A stretch of DNA of 64,000 nt from Nitrospirota bacterium (GTDB taxonomy: Bacteria > Nitrospirota > Thermodesulfovibrionia > Thermodesulfovibrionales > Dissulfurispiraceae): assembly GCA_040754455.1 (NCBI GenBank), contig JBFMCP010000011.1, positions 11,463-75,462 on the forward strand, read 5' to 3'. Shown in pieces: positions 11,173 through 20,962 of the stretch. Made by a program: the position numbers and the translations under genes. The notes below the pieces were generated by a model. That model was not told where the DNA came from. It saw only the letters and a program-made list of their open reading frames with translations, and ran no database searches. Each line of letters begins with the position of its first letter. Position 1 is the first letter of the stretch.

Positions 11173-11283
11173 TTTTTAGGATAACATCCGGTCAGGGTAT
11201 TAGGCAAGGAATGAGTCCTCCTGCACACTGAGCTGCATGCATTGTCTCATGCAACTCAATGTGCAGGAGCAGCGGATGGTTGC

Positions 11284-11463
11284 TTATTTTTTTGAGGCAG
11301 ACTTCTTTGCAGCTTTCTTTGCAGCAGGCTTCTTTGCTGCTTTCTTCTTCGCGGCCGGTTTCTTTGCTGCTTTCTTCTTTGCAGCCGGTTTCTTTGCTGC
11401 GGTTTTCTTCTTCGCTGCAGTCTTCTTTTTTGCGGCCGGTTTCTTTGCTGCTTTTGTTGCCAT
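11284..11463 (-). CDS. Small Lys/Ala-rich histone H1-like (Hc2-like) DNA-binding protein, 59 aa
   Basis: MATKAAKKPAAKKKTAAKKKTAAKKPAAKKKAAKKPAAKKKAAKKPAAKKAAKKSASKK, preceded by AAGGAGG. Confidence 0.85.
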   Translation of the reverse strand: MATKAAKKPAAKKKTAAKKKTAAKKPAAKKKAAKKPAAKKKAAKKPAAKKAAKKSASKK

Positions 11464-11719
11464 ACACAACCTCCTTATTTTTAATTTGCTATAAATATAC
11501 CTATCCATTTCAAAAAGTTCAAGAAAAAAACGCATAAATTTATTTTTTTCATCAGCATGCATCATTACACCCATCCGTTGATGATGGTCCACCTTCACTC
11601 TGAAATGACGTTGTCTTTTCTTTTTGATGAGCAGAAATAGGCGATCGATATTTCCGCCGAAGAATAAAAAGCCCTATACAATTTCCTCAATAAACCTGCT
11701 GTGCTAAAATACTGTCATC

Positions 11720-12598
11720 GTGAAGAGATACTTTATTTATTCGATCATTCTTCATATGCTTATCATTGCGCTGGCCCTTGTTATCTCCAGAGAGCAGAAG
11801 GAAAAGGCCCCTCAGCCCTTTTATGCGAAGATAATCACGCCGGAGGAACTGGATGGTAAAAAGACGATGCAGAGGCCGTCCGTTGCACCACGGAGAGAGA
11901 GACCTCCAGTGTTTCCACAGCTGCCTAAGAATCTGCCCCTGCCGAGGGACCTCTCGTCAGTTCCCACACGCCGCGCACCTGCGGCATCATCACCAAAGAA
12001 TGCTCCCGAAGGTTACGAGTCAAAGCGCTCTCAACAAGGAGGTGCTCCTGATGTGCCCTCCAAAGATACCGCAAGTGCGGAGCGGGAGCGAGCTCCGCAA
12101 GAAGCGCACTTGGGCACACAAAAAGCACCTGAAGCAAAGAACGGCATTCCATCAGGAAAGCCGGGAACATCACAGGGTCCCTCCAGAACCGCGAGGGAGA
12201 AGCTCTTCGACAGAGAGGTAATCGGGAAGCTGGCCCAGGCAGACAAAGGGGAAGCACAACACGGCAGCAGCATCACTTTCGACACAAAAGAATACCGCTA
12301 TTACGGCTACATGCAGCGGCTTAAAGACAAGATCGAAGGGATATGGATCTACCCTTCCGCAGCGGCAGCGCGGGGCATCTACGGTGATCTCTATATCAGA
12401 TTCACCATCAAGAAGAACGGAAAGCTCGGCGCAGTAGAGGTCATCCGCACCTCGGGACATAAAGAGCTTGATGACGCGGCGCTCAAGGCGCTCAGGGATG
12501 CCGAGCCCTACTGGCCGCTCCCCGAAAGCTGGGAAGAGGAAGGACTCACCATAACCGGACACTTCGTCTATACCATCTATGGCACCTACATCAGATAA
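11720..12598 (+). CDS. TonB-family energy transducer
   Basis: N-terminal TM helix with SxxxH, Pro-rich linker, TonB C-terminal domain (WIYPSAA...G...FTI.KNG.L......TSG...LD.AAL.A). Confidence 0.85.
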   Translation: MKRYFIYSIILHMLIIALALVISREQKEKAPQPFYAKIITPEELDGKKTMQRPSVAPRRERPPVFPQLPKNLPLPRDLSSVPTRRAPAASSPKNAPEGYESKRSQQGGAPDVPSKDTASAERERAPQEAHLGTQKAPEAKNGIPSGKPGTSQGPSRTAREKLFDREVIGKLAQADKGEAQHGSSITFDTKEYRYYGYMQRLKDKIEGIWIYPSAAAARGIYGDLYIRFTIKKNGKLGAVEVIRTSGHKELDDAALKALRDAEPYWPLPESWEEEGLTITGHFVYTIYGTYIR

Positions 12599-12684
12599 GA
12601 GCCGCTCTCGATGCACTTTTTTTTCTCGTAACCCCGTCTCCCTATACCGTTACAAAACAACAAAGCTCCGCGTATAATAGAGAC

Positions 12685-12927
12685 ATGAAGTACAGATTGT
12701 ATTTGCAAGTAGGCGACAAGGTGAGGCACCTGAAGTACTTTGCGTGGGGAATCGGCGAGGTGATCGAGGAAAAGCATTCCGACCTGCCAGGAGGATTTTG
12801 CCTTGTGAGAATTCTCTTTCAGGACGGCAAAGAGCGCTCGTTCATCAACGACATCAACAACGAGCTCTGCTGCTACTTCACCGGCATACGGCTGATCGAC
12901 GACCCGCGGTCGATTTGGGAAACCTGA
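12685..12927 (+). CDS. DUF3553-like small protein
   Basis: GDKVRH....WGIGEV...VRILFQDG pattern. Confidence 0.7.
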   Translation: MKYRLYLQVGDKVRHLKYFAWGIGEVIEEKHSDLPGGFCLVRILFQDGKERSFINDINNELCCYFTGIRLIDDPRSIWET

Positions 12928-12956
12928 GTTGCTCTTTCTTGCCCTCTTATAACCCT

Positions 12957-15125
12957 TTATTGCTGTACTATCGATGGCGTTATAAAGATGAGCAATTCCT
13001 CAGCTGTTGAACCTTTTGTGTCCCGCTTGAACAATCTCCCCAGGATCGGAATTTTCGAAACGCCAGGAACCGCTGATTCACTCTCAGTCTCATTACTTTT
13101 CAGTATGCCGCCGATCGCAATCGTCTCACCGCTTCTCAGAAGCACCTGGGTCGTTGCCGATCGTGAATTGATGGTAGGGTTGCCAAGGCTGTCGGTCCTT
13201 GAAAAGTCAGGCTCATCCTTATTCACATCGACCTTCAGGAAGACCGTGCCGTCAGGCGTTACCTGGGGAGTGACCGTTAATTTGATGTTGGCATCCTTAT
13301 AGGTTGTCGAGAACGTGCCGTCAGGCAGTCTGGTTGTCACCGGGATCTGGGCGCCATGCCGTATGATCGCCTGTTCATTTTCAACCGTCATGATTTTCGG
13401 ATTCGAAATAATCTTTCCTCTCCCGCTTGACTCAAGGGCGGAGAGTCTGAAATCGAGAAGCAAAGAGCCATCCCTATTGATATAGCCGAAACCAAACGCT
13501 GCACCTGCGCCCGATCCGACAGCTGCGGGCAAATTAACGACAAGCGGCAGGAGACTCTGTGAGGTTGTTGATCCGGCAGGAACTTGACCCGTGCCCACTT
13601 GCGTCTCAGGCGAGCCTGTATAGTCGCTCACATCGGTCACCGGATTTCTTGTACCGCCGAAAGAATACCGCCCCTGCTTTGAAAAGCCCCATTGTATCCC
13701 CAGATCCTTTGTAAGGTTCTTATTGATCTCTACCATTCTCGCTTCGATGAGCACCTGTGGGGTCGGCTTGTCGAGCGATTCAATGAGCTTTTGGAGCTCA
13801 ACCTGTACGGAGGGAATATCCTTGACAATAAGGGACCGCGTCCTGGTATCGGTGCCGATACTCCCCCTCGGGGAAAGTGCCTTTGCCTTGTCGATCGACT
13901 CTTTCACCTTTTCAACATTGGCATAATTCACTGTAAAAACGCGCGTCTCGATATCCTCGGCCTTGCCAAAGACCTCTTTGGTATCGGCAATCGCCTTCTT
14001 TTCATCCTGGAACGCTTTCAAAGTGGCTACTCTTATAACATTGCCTTCGATCACTTTTTCCAGATTGAACGTTTTTAATACAATATCCAGCGCCTGTTCC
14101 CAGGGCACATTCATGAGCTTCATGGTGATCCTTCCCTTTACCTCAGGGTGCACCACGATGTTATAGCCGCTCACATCGCCCAAAAGCCTCAGGATCGGGA
14201 CGATGTCGGCATCTTGAAAATCAAGAGAGATCAACCGGGCCGTCTCTTTTACCTCTTTCTGGTCCCCCGCCTGCATGACCGATGCAGCACCTGCCTTCGC
14301 CTTTCCCTGCACCACGTCTTTGCGGCGGATACTCACCATCAGCTCGTCATCCAGCACAGCGACCTCTGCTGTGGCATCACGCTCCAGCTCAAGGATGAAT
14401 CTGACCTTGCCCTGATCGGCTTTATAGGAGACCTTCTTGAGCGGTGCCGTTATATCAGAGGGCAGCGGGGCGCTCATAAGAACGCCGGGAATTTCGATGG
14501 TCACCTTGTTACTCAATTCAAAAACAATCGGATCAGGCATCATGCCGTCTCCCTCGATAACAAGCTCGGCAACCTCACCTGCTTTGGTAAAGAGCACATT
14601 GACAATCGACCGGGCGGGACCCTCCCCACTCCCCGCAGGGTCGGGGCTCGCCGCTGTCGTTACTATTTCTGCAGCATCCTGTGCGACTGCTACTGTTTTT
14701 GCATCCTCTTTTATATAAAGCATGAGTGCATCATCTTTGATTGCAGCATCGATCGACGAGGGTGCCGGGAGGAGAATATTCAGATGCGCTGCCATTACAG
14801 GGGCGTGGGTCTGGAGGGGAGCAATTTCAGTAATGCCGGGCTTTGCAGAATAGATCTTATTCCTGAATGTTCCGATGCTCGCACCCTCTATCTCCACTAT
14901 TGCCCTGAAGGGGTCGTCGGGTTTGTTGATCTTGTACCGGATCGGACCATTCAAAGTGATTTTGACGGCGTGATCCAATATCTCGATTCCGGTAACCTCG
15001 GATACCGGCTTCGTCCCGTTGCTGTCATCGGCAAAAGCAGGCATGCACAACCCCAGCAGTGCTACTCCAAAAGCAATGACAGTTATCACTATCCGTATAT
15101 TGCTCATATTCAATTGCTCTCTCAT
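12957..15125 (-). CDS. pilQ: Type IV pilus secretin PilQ
   Basis: Signal peptide, AMIN-like domains, ISLDFQDADI, VPWEQALD, QVLIEARMVE, LTVTPQVT, GVSKIPILGRLFK, ELLIFITP. Confidence 0.93.
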   Translation of the reverse strand: MREQLNMSNIRIVITVIAFGVALLGLCMPAFADDSNGTKPVSEVTGIEILDHAVKITLNGPIRYKINKPDDPFRAIVEIEGASIGTFRNKIYSAKPGITEIAPLQTHAPVMAAHLNILLPAPSSIDAAIKDDALMLYIKEDAKTVAVAQDAAEIVTTAASPDPAGSGEGPARSIVNVLFTKAGEVAELVIEGDGMMPDPIVFELSNKVTIEIPGVLMSAPLPSDITAPLKKVSYKADQGKVRFILELERDATAEVAVLDDELMVSIRRKDVVQGKAKAGAASVMQAGDQKEVKETARLISLDFQDADIVPILRLLGDVSGYNIVVHPEVKGRITMKLMNVPWEQALDIVLKTFNLEKVIEGNVIRVATLKAFQDEKKAIADTKEVFGKAEDIETRVFTVNYANVEKVKESIDKAKALSPRGSIGTDTRTRSLIVKDIPSVQVELQKLIESLDKPTPQVLIEARMVEINKNLTKDLGIQWGFSKQGRYSFGGTRNPVTDVSDYTGSPETQVGTGQVPAGSTTSQSLLPLVVNLPAAVGSGAGAAFGFGYINRDGSLLLDFRLSALESSGRGKIISNPKIMTVENEQAIIRHGAQIPVTTRLPDGTFSTTYKDANIKLTVTPQVTPDGTVFLKVDVNKDEPDFSRTDSLGNPTINSRSATTQVLLRSGETIAIGGILKSNETESESAVPGVSKIPILGRLFKRDTKGSTAEELLIFITPSIVQQ

Positions 15126-15691
15126 CCCTCTTCCTCCCTGCGGAGCTTTAAAATAGTATCCCTCGGATTGACAACACCGCTATAATCTCGCACGTGCTCT
15201 CTGATGATCACGGCATCTCTCGTAATTCTTTGCACTTTCCCTCGATGCAAGCCCAGCTTCATCCCCTCTCTTATGGTGTAGGATTTGCCGTCGGGCAGCG
15301 TAATCACTGCATAATAGCCGGACCTGTTCCACAGGACGGCGATGAGCTTGAATTCCACTACTTCGTAACTCTCTATGGGGGTCAGCCCCTTTTTATCGAT
15401 ATCCGCCTTTACCACGAGCGGCATAAAGGGATCTCTTCTGCCCTGAGAAGTGTATTCATAGACAGGCACCGTCTTTTTCTCTGCGTCCTGTGCGTTTGCT
15501 TCCGCCGGTGCAGGGCTTTTTACCGGAAGATTCGCCTGAGCGGGAGATGGTGTTTTTGCCGGTGCAGGTGCTGCTTTGGCGGGAGCCGCAGGTTTCTGCG
15601 CACTGCCCCCTTTGCCGGTGAAATAGACGGCTGCTGCCGCACCGATAATGATGCCGAGGAGCGAGACCAATATGATGAGCCACTTTTTCAT
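15122..15691 (-). CDS. pilP: Type IV pilus assembly protein PilP
   Basis: Y...GRRDPF, P.ESY....FKLIAV, G.KLGLHRGKV..I; operon position. Confidence 0.88.
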   Translation of the reverse strand: MKKWLIILVSLLGIIIGAAAAVYFTGKGGSAQKPAAPAKAAPAPAKTPSPAQANLPVKSPAPAEANAQDAEKKTVPVYEYTSQGRRDPFMPLVVKADIDKKGLTPIESYEVVEFKLIAVLWNRSGYYAVITLPDGKSYTIREGMKLGLHRGKVQRITRDAVIIREHVRDYSGVVNPRDTILKLRREEEG

Positions 15692-16323
15692 TTCTTGTCC
15701 TTTGCTGCCTTTTCCAGCTCTTTTTTCTCGCTCTCGGATAAAAGGGAATAGGTCATCGCGGTAAAACTCACATTGAGGCTTATCATCCCCTTCTGTTGCC
15801 GCTGGTCGCCCGTCTTCGCCTGTATATTGCCGATATTGACGATCCTGTTCAACCCGGTGACATTGCTGAAGAACTGTCCGAACCTATGATAGGTGCCGCG
15901 CATCGCTACCTCAACCGGTATCTCATAGACCTCTTTGCTGGGATGTACACTTCTTTCCCGAGGCCGCCAGGAAATGATCTGAAGGCCCGATTTGATTCCC
16001 AAATCCGAGACCTGCTTCAACAGCCCGGAGACCTCTTTCTCCATAGGCAATTGCAGCTGCAGTTCGGCAAGCTTCTCGGTGAGCCTCTTGTTCTCTGCCA
16101 TCAGGAGCGGAAGTTTTGCCGAGGTCTTCCGGAGCGTTGCGATCTCGTTATCCTGCCTCTCTAGCTCCTCGTTCAATTGGCGCATCTCTTCCAGCGCAGG
16201 TTTGATGAAGAGCATGACAAAGATCACTATGATCACGAGGGAAGGCAGCGCAAGAAGCAGGTTCTTCTTCAGAGGAGGAAGGCTCTCTATAGTGTTCATA
16301 TCGACACCTAACTTAAATTCCAT
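15688..16323 (-). CDS. pilO: Type IV pilus assembly protein PilO
   Basis: TM plus coiled coil, QLP.EKEV.GLL..VS..G..SGL, Y.EIPV....GTYH.FGQFF..V..L.RIVN. Confidence 0.9.
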   Translation of the reverse strand: MEFKLGVDMNTIESLPPLKKNLLLALPSLVIIVIFVMLFIKPALEEMRQLNEELERQDNEIATLRKTSAKLPLLMAENKRLTEKLAELQLQLPMEKEVSGLLKQVSDLGIKSGLQIISWRPRERSVHPSKEVYEIPVEVAMRGTYHRFGQFFSNVTGLNRIVNIGNIQAKTGDQRQQKGMISLNVSFTAMTYSLLSESEKKELEKAAKDKK

Positions 16324-16330
16324 CTGTCAC

Positions 16331-16873
16331 TCACACCTTTATCTTGAAATTCAGTTTGAACCGGTAGACCTTTACCTTTTCTACTTCCGTTTCGCTCGAT
16401 TCCTCCAGATAGACATCGGCGAAGCTCGGCGATTTCTTCAGGTTGTCCACATAGGCAACAATATCGTTATTGGTAAACGCGATGCCTTCGAGAGAAACGC
16501 CGTTATCCCTATAGAGAAACGAACTCAGCCAAACCCCTTCCGGTATCAGACTGCTCACCTCATCGAGGAGCTTTACCGGGACCGATTGATTCTTTCTTAA
16601 TGTTTCGATGAGATTGCTCTTCTGCTCAAGCTCCTTATTGAGCCGCTCGTATTTCTTTATTTCATTGATCCTCTTCGAGAGATCATTGATCGTTACTCTG
16701 TTTGTCTCCCGCTGCTCCTTCATGTGGGACACTTTGCTTTTAAGGAAAATGGTAGTGCCGCCTACAACAATGAGAGTTACGAGGGTGATGCCGGAGACGA
16801 GGACGAGAAAACCCGCCGGCCCCGCTGCCTTCTTCTTTTTCCTCTTCTCCGTGAGCAGGTTGACTCGTATCAT
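16331..16873 (-). CDS. pilN: Type IV pilus assembly protein PilN
   Basis: MIRVNLL N-terminal motif, TM, IPEGVWL, YVDNLKKSPSF. Confidence 0.9.
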   Translation of the reverse strand: MIRVNLLTEKRKKKKAAGPAGFLVLVSGITLVTLIVVGGTTIFLKSKVSHMKEQRETNRVTINDLSKRINEIKKYERLNKELEQKSNLIETLRKNQSVPVKLLDEVSSLIPEGVWLSSFLYRDNGVSLEGIAFTNNDIVAYVDNLKKSPSFADVYLEESSETEVEKVKVYRFKLNFKIKV

Positions 16874-17937
16874 TACCGGTCACCGCTGCGCCGCAAAGCC
16901 AAACCCACCGCCACTGCGGTAATCGGCGCAATCTCCTTTATATAGGCGACGTCAAGTTTATCGGAGATCCTTATATTTTTGAAAGGGTCCGCGACTTCCA
17001 CAGACATTCCGAGCCTCTCGGCCATCATTTCAGGAAACCCCTTTATCAGTGCGGCACCGCCGCTCAGGATGATGCCGTGGATGTCCTCATCGCTTACGCT
17101 GCTCCTGAAGTATTCAAACGAGCGGTAGATTTCGGTATAGATTTCATCTGAGGCGGTCGTAATGACGAGCTGGGCGTTTTCAGGAGCGGCTCCCTCTATA
17201 GACTGTCCCCTCTTGAGCCGCTCTGCGTCCTCACGTGAAACGGAAAGTTCTCTCATAAGGGCGTCCGTATGATTATTGCTGCCGATCGAGCTGTCCCTGG
17301 TGAAGACCGGAATTCCCGTCTGAAAGATATTGATGTTCGTTTTGCTCGCTCCTACGTTGACGAGGGCGATATTTTTTCCATTGGCGCTCTCGTAGTTGAC
17401 CTCGTACATATTGCCGAGGGCAAAGGAGTCGATATCGAGCACAATAGGATCGAACCCGGCCTTTTCGACCGTTTCGACATACTCGGCAATAATGTTCTTC
17501 TTCACCGCAACGAGGACAACGTCCATCTGGCTCTCCTCATCGGGCCGGGGGCCGAGGATCTGGAAGTCTATATTTACGTCGTTGATATCAAAAGGGATAT
17601 ACTGTTCCGCCTCGTATTTGATTGATGTGGCGAGCTCTTCCTCAGCCATCAGCGGTAACGTAATTTTTTTTATAATGACGGAGGAATGTCCTGATACACC
17701 GATGACCGCTTCCTTTGCCTTTATTCCCGCTTTGCCGAAGAGCTCCTTGATGGTACCGGCGACCATTCCCCTATCGGCGATGGACCCGTCGACAATACTT
17801 TCAGGCGGGAGCGGCAACATACCGGCAAAGGTAAGTTCATAGCCCGAAGCGGTTTCATTGACCTGTGCGGCCTTTATATAACTCGAACCGATATCGAGAC
17901 CTACAGGAATGCTCTTTCGTTTGAAGTTAAACGGCAT
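16873..17937 (-). CDS. pilM: Type IV pilus assembly actin-like protein PilM
   Basis: VGLDIGSSYIK, EAEQYIPF, VVLVAVKK, ILSGGAA, AVAVGLALR. Confidence 0.93.
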   Translation of the reverse strand: MPFNFKRKSIPVGLDIGSSYIKAAQVNETASGYELTFAGMLPLPPESIVDGSIADRGMVAGTIKELFGKAGIKAKEAVIGVSGHSSVIIKKITLPLMAEEELATSIKYEAEQYIPFDINDVNIDFQILGPRPDEESQMDVVLVAVKKNIIAEYVETVEKAGFDPIVLDIDSFALGNMYEVNYESANGKNIALVNVGASKTNINIFQTGIPVFTRDSSIGSNNHTDALMRELSVSREDAERLKRGQSIEGAAPENAQLVITTASDEIYTEIYRSFEYFRSSVSDEDIHGIILSGGAALIKGFPEMMAERLGMSVEVADPFKNIRISDKLDVAYIKEIAPITAVAVGLALRRSGDR

Positions 17938-18015
17938 TGTCCCCCCATCTGTTGGCGCTGCGCGCTCTCTTATGCATAATTCCTCTCAACAGCAGATTTG
18001 TGCTCTATTGATAAA

Positions 18016-18031
18016 AGCAATTGCTGTGCCT
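18016..18031 (-). promoter_or_regulatory. Putative sigma-54 (-24/-12) promoter of pilMNOPQ
   Basis: Minus strand AGGCAC-AGCAA-TTGCT (GG-N10-GC), about 80 nt upstream of the pilM ATG. Confidence 0.6.
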
Positions 18032-18222
18032 GCTCTAAAAGCAGCGATACGACCTGCTCTGCTCTCTTGTCATCCCTATTTTGTCCATCAGGATGACGGT
18101 TAGCGAGTGATCTTTGTCACAAAATTGACACTTTTTTTATCGGGGGAGATAACAAAAACTTTAGGTAACTTTCACATATACAGGAATTACGCGTTTGGAC
18201 CGAAGCCAGGGACGGAAAAAAA

Positions 18223-18296
18223 ACGGAGTAGTGGAGTGCTAGTGGAGTGCTGGAGTGATGGATATTTCTGTTTCAGAATACTCCAGCGCTCCGCTA
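18223..18296. repeat. Palindromic octamer-like repeat element downstream of aspS
   Basis: GGAGTAGT GGAGTGCT..GGAGTGCT GGAGTGAT ... ATACTCCA GCGCTCCG. Confidence 0.65.
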
Positions 18297-18310
18297 TCCC
18301 GTCTTCTTTT

Positions 18311-20110
18311 CTATAAGGGTACATCGATTTTTATATGCAGCTCTTTTAATTGCTTCGGTTCGACCGGTGAAGGTGCACCGGACATCATGCAGACCGCCTT
18401 CTGCGTCTTGGGGAACGCGATCACATCCCTGATGGATGACACCCCCGCCATGAGCATTACAAGCCGATCAAGTCCGAGCGCCAGTCCTCCATGGGGAGGA
18501 GCTCCGAACTGCAGCGCATCGAGGAGAAAGCCGAATTTCTGCTTTGCCTCTTCCTCGGAGATGTTCAGGACATCAAACATCTTCCGCTGTACCGAAGTGT
18601 TATGGATACGGATACTGCCACCGCCGATCTCGTAGCCGTTCAGTACGATATCGTACGCCTTAGCCCTGAGCGAGGCCAGCAGTTTGAATGAGGCATTGTT
18701 GAACTTAACATCCTCCAGGTCAACGGAAAACAGCTTTTCGATATCTTCATCCAGCGTTGCAGTGAATGGATGATGCATTGCCTGAAAGCGTCCCTCTTCC
18801 TCATCCCACTCGAGGAGCGGGAAGTCGGTGATCCATGCAAACTTATATCCGGGCTGAATGAGATTGAGTCTCTTGCCGAGCTCAAGCCGCATACGGCTCA
18901 GCACATCATAGACGATCTTCGGCTTATCGGCAACGAAGAGCATCAAGTCTCCCTCTTCAGCCTCAAGCCGCCCCGCCATGTTCCTGAGGACCTCTTCAGG
19001 GAAGAACTTTGCGATAGGAGACTCGAATCCGCCTTTCACCTTGATCCACGCAAGGCCCTTTGCTCCGAAAGACTGCGCCTCGGCAGTGAGCATGTCGAGA
19101 TCCTTCCTCGAGATTCCGGCCATGCCTTTACCGTTGAGGGCTTTCACCATCCCGCCAGCCCGGAGCGCATCGAGGAAGACCTTGAAGGTGCCCTGTCCTG
19201 CGAGATCAGCCATATCTTTGAGCTCGAGGCCGAACCGCAGGTCGGGCTTGTCGTTGCCGAACCGCTCCATCGATTCATGAAAAGTCAGACGCGGAAAGGG
19301 CGTTTCAACGGGGATATCCAGCACTTCCTTGAAGAGCCGCTGCATCAGTCCCTCGATAAGATCGATGATGTGTTCCCGATCGACAAACGACATCTCGAGA
19401 TCCACCTGAGTGAATTCAGGCTGACGGTCTGCTCTCAGATCCTCATCACGGAAGCATTTCACGATCTGGAAATACCGCTCCATTCCCGCGACCATGAGTA
19501 TCTGCTTGAAGAGCTGGGGGGACTGGGGAAGGGCGTAGAATTGTCCCGCATTCAAGCGGCTCGGTACGAGATAGTCCCGTGCACCTTCAGGCGTCGACTT
19601 GGTAAGCATCGGCGTTTCGATTTCGAGGAAGCCCCGCTCATCGAGATAGTCCCTGGTGACCTTGGAGATGCGATGACGCATGATGAGATTCCTCTGCATT
19701 TCCGGCCTTCTCAGGTCGAGATAGCGGTACCTGAGCCTGAGGGCTTCGCCCGCATCAGTATCCTCTTCCATAGCGAAGGGAAGAGGAGCGGCCTCATTGA
19801 GCACCTCAAGAGTGCGGATATAGATTTCGATCATGCCGGTAGAGAGAGCAGGGTTCACGGTACCTTCCGGTCTCTTTCGCACCTCGCCGGAAACGGCAAT
19901 CACATACTCAGCCCTCAGGTCATGTGCCTTTTCGTGGGCCTCACCCGAGACATCGGGGCTGAAGACAATCTGGCAGATGCCGCTCCGGTCCCTGAGATCG
20001 ATGAATATCAGACCTCCGTGGTCCCTCCTTCTGAATACCCAGCCGGCAAGACGCACCGAAGCGCCGATATCCGATTCTCTCAGCTCACCACACCCTTTGT
20101 CCCGAACCAT
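18311..20110 (-). CDS. aspS: Aspartate--tRNA ligase (likely non-discriminating Asp/Asn type)
   Basis: GWVFRRRDHGGLIFIDLRD (His), STPEGARDYLVPSR, LPQSPQLFKQ, FRDEDLRADRQPEFTQ, GAPPHGG. Confidence 0.96.
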   Translation of the reverse strand: MVRDKGCGELRESDIGASVRLAGWVFRRRDHGGLIFIDLRDRSGICQIVFSPDVSGEAHEKAHDLRAEYVIAVSGEVRKRPEGTVNPALSTGMIEIYIRTLEVLNEAAPLPFAMEEDTDAGEALRLRYRYLDLRRPEMQRNLIMRHRISKVTRDYLDERGFLEIETPMLTKSTPEGARDYLVPSRLNAGQFYALPQSPQLFKQILMVAGMERYFQIVKCFRDEDLRADRQPEFTQVDLEMSFVDREHIIDLIEGLMQRLFKEVLDIPVETPFPRLTFHESMERFGNDKPDLRFGLELKDMADLAGQGTFKVFLDALRAGGMVKALNGKGMAGISRKDLDMLTAEAQSFGAKGLAWIKVKGGFESPIAKFFPEEVLRNMAGRLEAEEGDLMLFVADKPKIVYDVLSRMRLELGKRLNLIQPGYKFAWITDFPLLEWDEEEGRFQAMHHPFTATLDEDIEKLFSVDLEDVKFNNASFKLLASLRAKAYDIVLNGYEIGGGSIRIHNTSVQRKMFDVLNISEEEAKQKFGFLLDALQFGAPPHGGLALGLDRLVMLMAGVSSIRDVIAFPKTQKAVCMMSGAPSPVEPKQLKELHIKIDVPL

Positions 20111-20146
20111 AAAACCTCCGCCTTTATAATTTAAAAACTGATCTTC

Positions 20147-20869
20147 TTAGTGCGCGCTTATCTCTTGCCTGATACGTTCCAGCTCTTCATCGTAAAGGGG
20201 GCGGTACTTTCCCTCTTCCACTCCCCTGAGCACCAACCCGTTGATGGCGATACGTTTGAGGCGCATTACCGGATGCCCGACGCTCTCGAGCATTCTCCGT
20301 ACCTGCCGCTTCTTTCCCTCATGGATGGTTATCTCTATCCAGGAATTATGCTCCAGCTGCTTCAGTTTTTTCACTTTGGCGGGAGCGGTCATGCCGTCCT
20401 CAAGCCGTACGCCGCGCCGGAGCTTCACAAGTGCGCTGTCTTCAATGTCGCCCTTCACCTTGACCACGTAGGTCTTCGGTATCTTTTTGGACGGATGCAA
20501 GATCGAATGGGCAAAATCGCCGTCATTCGTAATCAGGAGCAATCCCTCGGAGTCGTAATCAAGCCTGCCGATGGGAAATACCCGGTATTTGATACCACGC
20601 AGATAATCCTTTATCGTCGGTCTGCCCTCCGGATCATAGAGCGAGGTGACGACCCCCCGCGGCTTATTGAACATAAGATAGACCTTCGGCTCAGGCCTGG
20701 TGAGAAGCTTTCCATCGACTTTTATATGATCCCGTGCAGGGTCGGCCTTCATCCCGAGTTCTGCGGGCTTGCCGTTGACCGTCACCCTTCCCTCGATGAT
20801 GAGTTCCTCGGCCTTTCGCCGCGAGACGACCCCCATCTGGGCAAGTATTTTCTGGATTCGCTGTTCCAT
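20147..20869 (-). CDS. rRNA pseudouridine synthase, RsuA/RluB family with S4 domain
   Basis: RIQKILAQ.G..SRRKAE, NKPRG, PIGRLDYDSEGLLL.TNDG, EGKKRQVRRM. Confidence 0.92.
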   Translation of the reverse strand: MEQRIQKILAQMGVVSRRKAEELIIEGRVTVNGKPAELGMKADPARDHIKVDGKLLTRPEPKVYLMFNKPRGVVTSLYDPEGRPTIKDYLRGIKYRVFPIGRLDYDSEGLLLITNDGDFAHSILHPSKKIPKTYVVKVKGDIEDSALVKLRRGVRLEDGMTAPAKVKKLKQLEHNSWIEITIHEGKKRQVRRMLESVGHPVMRLKRIAINGLVLRGVEEGKYRPLYDEELERIRQEISAH

Positions 20870-20880
20870 ACTACTTCGTG

Positions 20881-20960
20881 AAGTCAGGAGTCAGAATCCA
20901 GGATTCAGAATAAAAACTCCCTATTGCTTCTGATTACTGGCTCCTGGGTTCCGAATTTTC
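20881..20960. repeat. Palindromic heptamer repeat element
   Basis: AGTCAGG AGTCAGA ATCCAGG ATTCAGA ... TCTGATT ACTGGCT CCTGGGT TCCGAAT. Confidence 0.75.
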
Positions 20961-20962
20961 GT

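Noticed and set aside
11237..11494. Phe/Ala-rich 85-aa plus-strand ORF resembling a membrane peptide
   Set aside because: Reverse complement of the Lys/Ala histone-like gene.
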